Origin: the human T2T-CHM13v2.0 reference genome, Homo sapiens
Assembly (NCBI RefSeq): GCF_009914755.1
Contig: NC_060940.1
Direction: 5' to 3' (one strand)
Length of the DNA: 64,000 nt
Position numbers and translations under genes: made by a program. The notes under the pieces are model-generated. The model was not told where the DNA came from. It was given only the letters and a program-made list of their open reading frames with translations, and ran no database searches. This document shows, piece after piece, positions 47,720-64,000 of the stretch (its first letter is position 1; each line of letters opens with the position of its first letter).

Positions 47720-48430
47720 ACTCTATCACCCTCCTGTCTCCACCACATCTCAGATGGGAAGGGAGAGTGTCCTGGATTAGCCGCAGGCCAAGCATGGGTC
47801 ATCCCTTCATCTGCATAGGGCGCCAGTTCACATTAGCCTTTTATGAGCCACAGACCAAATCCTTCATCCAGATAAGGGGTAGCCAATAGAACCTCAAAAG
47901 CAGTACTTAAAACCCAGGAGGCTGGGTGCCATGGCTCGTGCCTGTAATCCCAGCACTTTGGGAGGCCGAGGTGGGCCGATTAACGAGGTCAGGAGTTCAA
48001 GACCAGCCTGTCCAACATGGTGAAACCCCATCTCTACAAAAAATATGAAAATTAGCCGGGCATGGTGGGTGCTTACCTGTAATCCCAGCTACTTGGGAGG
48101 CTGAGGCCAGAGAATCACTTGAACTCAGGAGGCGGAGATTGCAGTGAGCCAAGATCATGCCACTGCGCTCCAGCCTGGGTAAGAGACTTCTCAAAAATAA
48201 TAATAATAAAAAAAATAAAATACAAAAACTAACAAAACACCTAGGAAACTTTGTAACCAGGCTCTTGAGCCGCTTGCTTAGGCCCACTCCCGCCCTGCAG
48301 AGTGCTTTATCTGTTTCATAAATTCCTGCTTTCACTGCTTCCTTCCCATGTCTCATTGCTATGCTACTTTGTGGATTTTGTTCAATTCTTTGTTCAAAAT
48401 GCCAAGGACCTGGACGGCTCACACTCACAG
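47720..48430 (+). mobile_element. ERV1 (MER4-group-like) LTR interrupted by an Alu
   Basis: CCAAT at ~47883; U5-type ttgttcaattctttgttcaaaatgccaaggacctgga; Alu at ~47920-48240. Confidence 0.55.
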
Positions 48431-48910
48431 CCCTGCTTCCCGGAACAGGCCTGGCTGAGTTCCAGCTGTGCAGTGAAGCCCAACTGTGGGAGGCGGGTGA
48501 CCCTGGACTCCCTCTCATGATCTGGACAGAGATGGGGTCTGGGGGTACACCTGGTCTCAGACCAGCCCCAGATTCTTTTGTGACCTGAAGGCAGCTGGCT
48601 GGTCATTGGAACTGGCAGAGTCCCTCCAACGATTGGGGAGGGAGCCTCTGAAGCAATCTTTAGAGTGACATCTGGGACACAGTGAGGAACCCCCTGGCTG
48701 CTGAACGAGGGGTGTCTGTGAGCCAGGACCACTGGGCACCAAGGGCCTGAATCCAGGCTCCTCTGCCCCAGGACTCGTGGTATGCTGTGACTGCAGGGAC
48801 AGGCAGGACCCCATCCCCTTCTCCCCAAATGCAGTCACACCCCAGACGGGCCCACTTGCAAGGGTCCTGCGCTTCATTTATGCTCTGCTGTCCTCATCTT
48901 GAAATTTTTA

Positions 48911-49219
<309 letters not shown>

Positions 49220-51512
49220 TTATCATTCTGTACCAGGCCCCACAAATGATGTAGCCAGCCCTGCACACCCGCCTTGCTCACCAGTTGCCCAAAGTGGCTG
49301 ACCTGGAAGGATCCTTCATACTCTGAAGCCCGCGGTGCTTATGTCTTGGGAACTGCATCCTTTACTCTGAACAAAGGGCAGCCAGGTAGAAGAGGCTGTA
49401 GACAGGCCCAGAAGAACCTCACAGTCTCTATCTTTCCCTTCCATCTGGTAGGTTGGGCTGCCCGAGCTTCCCCTGCACAGGGCGCCCCGCAGGAAACTTG
49501 TTTCAGACAGAGCTGTATATTCTCCCAGTGAGGTGACAAAGTCAGGAGGAAGGAAACCTCAGGTCGGGCTGGAGAACTCTTTGCTGAGCTTGTTCACTGC
49601 TCCTGGCATCCCCACTATGCAGAGGAAAAGGGGACTCCCCAAGCAGTGGGATCCCCCGCTTCCCAGCCCAGGCTCTGTCTGCCTTGGCAGAGGCTGGGCT
49701 GGCTGAGCACCTGTGGGCAGCCACGCACCTCAGGATGTTGCGCTACAGCCTGACCCTATAGAAAGCCAAGTGCAAACGCTGCTCATTAACCTCCACTCCC
49801 AAGAATCAGGCTGCTTGGCCTTGTCTCTGCTGTGGCCCCACCACTCGAGCCCTTCCTGCCAGGCTTGGAACCTCGATGGCCATTTAGGGACAGCATCTAA
49901 GCCACCTTTGCAACCTTGGCCTTGGAATGGGCTGTTGCACAGGGAGCTCAGCAAATGTTCCTCCAAGTGCCTCAGGTCCCGATTCCCTCTCATCATCCCT
50001 AGAATAGCTTTTCCTTTTGAGATGCTCAGGACAGGCAGACACAGGCCTCCTGTTCCCAAGAAGCAGAGAAGGGGACATGGGGCTGCAGGGCCAACACAGG
50101 GAGAGTCTTCCTGAGTCCTCCTCCTGCCAGCTGGTTTTTGCAGCTGCGGCCAGCCCTGGAGGCAGGAGACACAGCCCCCGGGTTCTGCGGCAGCGCCTGC
50201 CCCCGTTCCTCCAAGACGGCGTTCTGGGTGCTCTGAGCAAAACTGGATGCTGGCAGGAAGCAGCTCAGCCCTGGCCTTCACGGGAAGGGCAGGCACCCTC
50301 TCCTGACCTGGGGCTTCCCAGGCCCTCCTTTGGCACGTACTGAACTGTTTGTGGAACCATCTATGCCACCTCCCTCTTCCCTCCCAGGCTGAGACAGGAC
50401 AGAGCCGCTCTTTGGAGCTCCTTGTCCCTGTGCAAGGCCAGGGAAGCAGAGGGCAGGGGAGGAGCTGGGAGGAGCTGGCAGGACCAGCGCTGCTTCGGCT
50501 TCGCAGCCTCCACCTCCAAAACCAGACAGAGCAGGAAAATCAGACTCCAGGCCTGGGAGGGCAATGAGTCCAAACGCCTTCCCCTTCCTGGCTCTCACCC
50601 AGAAGTCCTCCAAGATGCCAGAGCAAGGGCTTTTCATCTTTACTTTCCTCCTGAAACCTGAGACCCCATGAAATCAACAAGGAGCAAGTGAGTACTTCCC
50701 GGAGGAAGCTTTACCTCTCAGCTGCTTCTCAGGGAATATCTACCCCAACGCTGAACTCCTGAAGATTTCAGTTAAATGCGACCCTCAGCCTGATCCCACG
50801 GAGAGCCGCAGGGTGTGAACTGCACATCTGAGATTGTCTTTGTTTTTTTGAGATGGAGTTTCACTCTGTTGCTGAGGCTGGAGTGCAGCGGAGCAATCTT
50901 GGCTCACTGCAGCCTCTGCCTCCCGTGTTCAAGGATTCTCCTGCCTCACCTTCCTGAGTAGCTGGGACTCCGGGCACACACCACCCCAACCTGGCTAATT
51001 TTTGTATTTTTAGTAGAGATGGAGTTTAACCATGTTATCCAGGCTGGTCTCAAACTCCTGACCTCAAGTGATCCACCCACCTCGGCCTCCCAAAGTGCTG
51101 GGATTACAGGCATGAGCCACTGCTACCAGCCTGAGATTGTCCTGTCACCTACAACACCTGGCCCACCCTGAAAGTCACAAAAGTCACATCTCCCCCTTCT
51201 CATTCCAGTCTAAGGATAAACACCCGCAGCACTTCTCAGAGAAATTTGCACACCGGAGGATACTTTCCAAAGTCCTTTCACATCGTGTACAGGAGCCCTG
51301 TGACCTAAGAAGAGCAAATGTCTTTACCCCGTTTCTCAGATGAGTAAACAGAGGCCCAGGGAGACAAAGTTAACTTGCACAAGGCCATGAAGCATTTTGC
51401 CAGAAGTGGGGATGTAATCAATCCACGCACGATTCCCAGGCATGGAATCTTTCCAGTACCCTAGTGCTCACCCACACTCTCCGCCAGAACTTTTTTTTTT
51501 TTTTTTTTTTGA

Positions 51513-51695
<183 letters not shown>

Positions 51696-52250
51696 TAGCC
51701 AGGATGGTCTCGATCTCCTGACCTCGTGATCCGCCTACCTCGGCCTCCCGAAATGCTGGGATTACAGGCATGAGCCACTGCACCCGGCCGACCTGTTTCA
51801 TTCTGCTTTCTTCCCATCTGGCTACTGACCTCCCCTGTCCCGGTGTCATCTGCTGTCATTCATGATGACCCTGCTCATTAGCTGCCCTACCTGTGCTCCA
51901 TGCACTCAGCTGTGGCGATGCAGGAGGAAGTCCACCTGGGGAGTCCACTCCTGAGCCAGGAGTCCAGAGCAAGCATCTCCAGCCCGCTTCCAGGTGCTTG
52001 GCCCCGTGATGGTTCATTCATTTATTCTCCAGACCCCTACTGAGCACCTGCCTCATGCCCAGCCCTGAGCAGACAGCAGTGAGCAGGTTCCCACCCTCAC
52101 TCTCTGGTGTAGAGCTGTCCTCTCTGGTAGCAAGTGCTGAGAGAGGGGCCCAAAACCAACCGTACCTCCACCAGGTGATCTGGCCGCGGGAAGCACAGGG
52201 GTGGCATCACCTGACTTCCCAGCCCTCCTTGAAGCTGACTCTTGCCTTTA

Positions 52251-52526
<276 letters not shown>

Positions 52527-53224
52527 TCACATCATTGCACTCCAGCTTGGATTTCAGAGTGCGACTCCTCAAAAAAAAAAAAAAAAAAAAAGCCAGCCGG
52601 GCACAGTGGCTCACGCCTGTAATCCCAGCACTTTGGGAGGCCAAGGTGGGTGGATCACCTGAGGTCAGGAGGTCAAAACCAGCCCGACCAATGTGATGAA
52701 ACCCCATCTCTACTAAAAATACAAAAACTAGCCAGGCATGGTGGCGTGCACCTGTAGTCCCAGCTACTCGGGAGGCTGAGACAGGAGAATCGCTTGAACA
52801 AGGAGGCGGAGGTTGCAGTGAGCTGAGACGGTGCTATTGCACTCCAGCCTGGGCAGCACGAGTGAAACTCCATCTCCCAAAAACAAACAAAAGAAACAAG
52901 CCACGTGATCTGAGACTCAGCCTACAAGTGCTGGCTTTGTCAGTCCCATGTTCTGACCAGGGCCTCATTGACCATTGCATTCCATGCGGGGTGAAGCTAG
53001 TAGAGAGCGGCCTTGTGCGAAGGCAGTAAGGCCTGGAGCTGGGTGCCCTGAGTATCTGTGATGTCATCTAACTTCTTGAAACCGTGTATCGGTCATGAGG
53101 CAGGAGAGCGAGATCTCATTGCTCTCTCAAGGTGTTCTCCATGCGGCCCTGGACACATCTGTTAACTGTTCTGTAAGACGCGGGTATTAATAGCACCTGC
53201 TTTGTGAGATGATTTTGAGGATTA

Positions 53225-53428
<204 letters not shown>

Positions 53429-53586
53429 TCACCCAGGTGGGAGTTTAATGACGTGATCACTGCACCCTCGGACTCCTGGGCTCAAGCAATCCTCCTACCT
53501 CATTCTTCCAAAGAGCTGGGATTACAGGCACGAGCCACTGTGCCTGGCCCAATGTCTCTATTTTTTATTTATTTATTTTTTTTTGA

Positions 53587-53922
<336 letters not shown>

Positions 53923-54999
53923 TGAGACTAGTCTTGCTCTGTCACCCAGCGGGGAGTGCAATGGTGAGATCTCAGCTCACTACAACCTCCACCTCCCGGG
54001 TTCAAGCGATTCTCCTACCTCAGTCTCCTGAGTAGCTGGGATTACAGGCGTGTGCCACCACACCTGACTAATTTTTTGTATTTTTAGTAGAGACAGTGTT
54101 TCACCGTGTTGGCCAGGCTAATCTCAAACTTCTGACCTCAGGTGATCCACCCACCTCGGCCTCCTGAAGTGCTGGGATTACAGGCATGAGCCATTTTCTT
54201 TCTGCCCAGCTATTTTTTTTTTTGCATTTTTTGGCTAGACGGGGTCTCACCCTGTTGCCCAGGCTGATCTCAAACTCCCGTCCTCAAGCGATCCTCTTGC
54301 CTTGGCCTCCCAAAGTGCTGGCATTACAGGCATGAGCCACTGCACCTGGCCTTCGCTTTGAATTAAAGTGGCAGGCAGGAAGAAGCATCATCTCAAAAAT
54401 TGATGGTGACAGCGGCAGCGACTACATCTAGCTTGCACAGGTGGCAGCTTCTGTCCCACTTCGGTGGTGCCAATTGTAGCTTCTGTGCCAGCAGAGGCTG
54501 TGGGGTCTTCACCTGGCCAGCTTTGCCCAATGTCCTCTTCCTGATTTGATTTTCTGACCCTTTTGAGCTCCTGGGAACTAGCCAGGACCTCTGACCAAGT
54601 CCCTTTCTGCTTAGAGTTGCCAGAATTAGTTTCTGTTGGTTAAAACTAAGAACCTTGATTCTCACAAAAATAGGACCAGGACTGGACAGAGCAAGAAGCC
54701 CCAAAGGAAACAGGAGCAATTGAAGGCTGGAAAGTGGCCAGAGGACAGTGAAAATCCAGCTGGTATTAAGGGACAGGACACCAGCAGCCCCATGGCACGC
54801 CCTGGCAAGACAGCTAATCCCATTGTCCCCGGGAACAAAGTACCCATCAAAGGCAAGGCTTTGGGGGACCTAATGGCTCCTGCCATAGAAGAGAATAAAG
54901 ATTACACTGAAGTCAAGATCTGCTGGGCAGGGCGGTCATGTTAACAGCGCCACATAGCTTAAATGAAAAGACAAGCTCAGAATCCAAATTCTTGGCTCA

Positions 55000-55302
<303 letters not shown>

Positions 55303-55522
55303 TTACAGAATGACCAAGGGGACCCACACCTTAAAAGGTCTTTATTTGGGAAAGAGTGAAATGTGGAGACCAGAGGCTATGAAAATTAGGCTGTGTGGAA
55401 AGATAGGGAAGCCTTAGGTACCTAGCCCCTCCCCTCCCCACCACCCTTGCCAGCCAAAGCTTCCTCTTTGTCACTGAAGATCCTAGTAGCAGGAACTCCC
55501 TTGCGGGCAGTTAGGTGTTCTA

Positions 55523-56203
<681 letters not shown>

Positions 56204-57306
56204 TGGGTGGGACGGATGGCAGTTATTTCCAGGGTGGGCTGTAGCCTCTTCCTCCAACCTACATCTCCTGTTTCCCAAGCTGGTAACCTGGATGCCCTGG
56301 GTGACCTAAGAAGCCATGTGCTAAAGATGTCAGGACCTCAGTCGGCCGGGGTTCCCCCTTCCCCATTTCAGTTGAGGGAGGAAGAGCCTTTCAAGAGCGA
56401 GAGCTAGCCAGCAGCTAGCATTTCCCTATGTAACACACCCTGTAATGACCCTGCCCCGAAGGAGTCTCCTTATAAGCCCTACCCCTCATTTTCTCCAGAA
56501 TTAAATGACAAGTCACATCCCCGCAGGCCCCAGGGGCCAAATCTAGGAGGGTACTGAATCATCAAAAAACTCCAGGGGGAAGATACTGAATCACCAAAAG
56601 AAACTAAAGATTTTGCTAATTGATATTGGCTTACTCACAGTACATGGTTGGCTAAAAAAATTTTTTTAATTGATATTGGCAAAAATCTGGGAAGGTGATC
56701 TGAGAATGAATTCTGAGGGTGCAGGATGGGTGAGGGAGGAAGGGGATGCTAGATAGGGATGAATGTACCGATATTGAGGATTCCACAGGGACAGCTTGAG
56801 AAGCTGGGATTATAGGCGTGAGCCACAGCGATAATGTAGTACTTTCAATGCTGAAATCAGGACAGTGCCAGGCAAACTCGGACAATTGGTCAACCTAGCT
56901 GTTAAGTAACTAACTTGCTCTAAATCACAGTTATTAAGTGGCAGGGCCTGTATTCAAATGCAGGTGGGCTGACTTCAGATTCAAATTGTTTGCTTTTGCC
57001 AGTGGTTCTCAATCTTGAGCATGCAAACCTGGAGGCCTTGTTAAAATTCAGATAGCCCCATCTTCAGGGTCTCCAATTCAGTAGGTTGGGGCCGCCGAGA
57101 ATTTGCCTAACCAGCTCCCTGGTGATGCTGAGGCTGCTGGACTGGGAAGACTGGGAACCAACTGAGAAGACCTTTGTATTTGGCTTTCTCACCTCCAGAT
57201 AAGGGCTTTTTAACTTTTATTTTGTGAGACAAGGTCTCAATCTCTCACTCACGCTGAAATACAGCTTATGATCATGGTTCACTGCAACCTCAAACTCTTG
57301 GGCTCA

Positions 57307-57675
<369 letters not shown>

Positions 57676-57689
57676 TCAAAAAAAAAAAA

Positions 57690-58094
57690 AAAGTAAAGAA
57701 ATAAAACAATGGCTACTCCATAGAGCAGCCCCGAGGGCTGCTGGTTGCTCATTTTTATGGTTATTTATTGATTATATGCTAAAGAAGGGGTGGATTATTC
57801 ATGCCTCCCCTTTTTAGACCATATAGGGTAACATTCTGGCGTTGCCATGGCATTTGTAAGCTGTCTTGGCGCTGGTGGGAGTGTAGCAGTGAGGACGACC
57901 AGAGGTCATTCGCATCACCATCTTGGTTTTGGTGGGTTTTGGCCGCGGCTTCTTTACTGCTTGTGCCGGCCTCTCATCTCATCCTGTGACTTAGAATGCC
58001 TCCACCACCTGGGAACACAGCCCAGTAGGTCTCAGCCTCATTTTACCCAGCGCCTACTCAAGATGGAGTTGCTCTGGTTCAAAGGCCTCTAACA
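57690..58094 (-). mobile_element. MER41 LTR (MER41A-like), 3'-truncated at an Alu
   Basis: Reverse complement begins tgttagaggcctttgaaccagagcaactccatcttga and contains ggtctaaaaaggggaggcatgaataatccacccc. Confidence 0.8.
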
Positions 58095-58447
58095 GAAGCT
58101 AAACACAGGTGGGGGCTTTCAAAGAAGCAGATCCAATGCCCACTGCCCTTCCTCACTCCCCTAATAGATGTAGGGCACCATGGACTTTTACAGACTGAGG
58201 GACATACTCTGGATGAGAATAGTTTACCTGGGAACACAGCCCAGTAGGTCTCAGCCTCATTTTACCCAGCGCCTACTCAAGATGGAGTTGCTCTGGTTCA
58301 AAGGCCTCTAACAGAAGCTAAACACAGGTGGGGGCTTTCAAAGAAGCAGATCCAATGCCCACTGCCCTTCCTCACTCCCCTAATAGATGTAGGGCACCAT
58401 GGACTTTTACAGACTGAGGGACATACTCCGGATGAGAACAGTTTACC
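58007..58447 (+). repeat. 219-bp tandem duplication (2 copies)
   Basis: 58007-58225 equals 58226-58444 except 2 substitutions; acc microhomology. Confidence 0.95.
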
Positions 58448-58589
58448 CTATCAAGGAAAAGTAAGTTCCCCAGATGAAACGCCACAGATAACAGGCATAT
58501 TGTAAGTCAGGCTTTGTACGTTTTCCAAAACTCACTACAGGGATCCCCTTTGAGGTGCAGAATCTTGTATCACAATAATCACGATTCCT

Positions 58590-59848
<1,259 letters not shown>

Positions 59849-59851
59849 TCA

Positions 59852-60166
<315 letters not shown>

Positions 60167-60609
60167 TCAATCTCTCTGCCTTCATTTCTTCCGCTGTAAA
60201 CTGGGACAGTGATAACCCCTTGTGGGTGATGTCTGAGGAGCTGGGTGAGGGAGCGGGACTGCACAGGCTCTGACTACCATTGGCCCTGGTGCGATGACAC
60301 TCCGCCGGTGGGGGCAACACACACGCGTCGTCTCCCAGACATTCAGAGCAACTTCTATTAATACCCTGCCTGCCTGGGCCCCAGCCATGAGAACTGCCCC
60401 TCACTGAGGCAGAGTCTGGTCTTCCTCTTCTTGGGGAGACCCAGAACTTCCAGAGAGTGTCCTGGACCATGAAGGTGACCAGGAAAGGGAATAGGTGGGT
60501 GGAGGCCGCTGCAGTGAAGCCTCAGGCCCCCTCTGGTCTCTCCAGGGTCATCCTGGATCATCTGAATTTCCCTTTGAAATGAGCATGCACAGGTTCAGCT
60601 GATTCATAA

Positions 60610-60615
60610 TTTAAT
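60610..60615 (-). terminator. ATTAAA polyadenylation signal of CLEC18
   Basis: tttaat on the + strand, ~350 nt past the stop. Confidence 0.65.
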
Positions 60616-60968
60616 ACCCCGTGGGGTTCATGCCACAGGGAAGCTCCGCTGCCCCACAGGGTCTGGGCCAGGTGGAAGAGAGCAGCCTTTTTGGACCACT
60701 GGCGGTGTCCTCTCCTTCGCCATCTAATTGAAGCCCATCTTCCCAATCAAAAGCAGGCGAAGGGCCCCAGCTTCTTCTAACACTCACTCCCTGGCCCTCA
60801 CTGGCCTCCCTGCCTCTCTCTGCCCAACTTCTGGCATTGTGCAAGGTCTGAGACCTCTTTGGACATGAGGCATGTGGTCTTAACCTGGCCCTTGTTCCAG
60901 ACAGGTGGGCAGACAGGTAAGCAGAGCCGGTGCTCCCAGGGCAGGCGAGGGAGCCATGTGGTCAGGCC

Positions 60969-63772
<2,804 letters not shown>

Positions 63773-64000
63773 TCAGAATCCCTGCCCTTTCCTGCCCTGC
63801 CGGGGAGCTAAGCTCAGGGTGCCCCTTCCTCTGGCCACCTGCTCCAAAAGAGTGGGTGGTGAGGGTCAGGAGTGAGCTGGTAAGTTGGAATATTGAGCTT
63901 GCTCTCTCTCAAAAGAAAAAAAAAATCCATGGTTTATAGCATTTGCCAATTTCTTTGGTGTAAATATCCATGCTGTGGCCAGTTTCAAGATCTCAACGTG

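Noticed and set aside
49713-50661. Cluster of 100-190 aa overlapping ORFs in GC-rich unique DNA
   Set aside because: No recognisable homology or consistent exon structure.

Overview
Alu-dense primate (human-like) DNA that reads as a segmental-duplication mosaic matching the 16q23.1 PDPR2P-NPIPB15-CLEC18B locus (locus assignment from recalled gene sequences, not a database search). Left: the 5' half of an unprocessed PDPR duplicate on the minus strand, with a CpG-island promoter at ~19.4-20.5 kb and 7 coding-type exons with GT-AG sites. Its frame is open to Q326, where a 1-nt deletion at ~671 frameshifts it. Middle: an LCR16a-type core duplicon starting near 26454 carries a complete 7-exon, 443-codon NPIP ORF on the plus strand (29741-43850), followed by an orphan antisense PLA2G10 exon. 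Right: a second CpG island (~58.6-59.5 kb) with no obvious gene, then the last 6 exons of a CLEC18 gene on the minus strand, including the 27-nt LVWLSAAMG micro-exon. I see no evidence of a new multi-gene system. The most interesting signals concern how the NPIP protein was built from Alu DNA: the C-terminal 14-aa basic repeat is a 4x amplified 42-bp Alu right-arm segment, a 1-nt deletion bypasses the Alu stop, and exon 2 holds a 52-nt exact copy of a neighbouring intronic Alu. There are also several local templated copies and template-switch junctions. Almost all other ORFs in the track are Alu or microsatellite artefacts.
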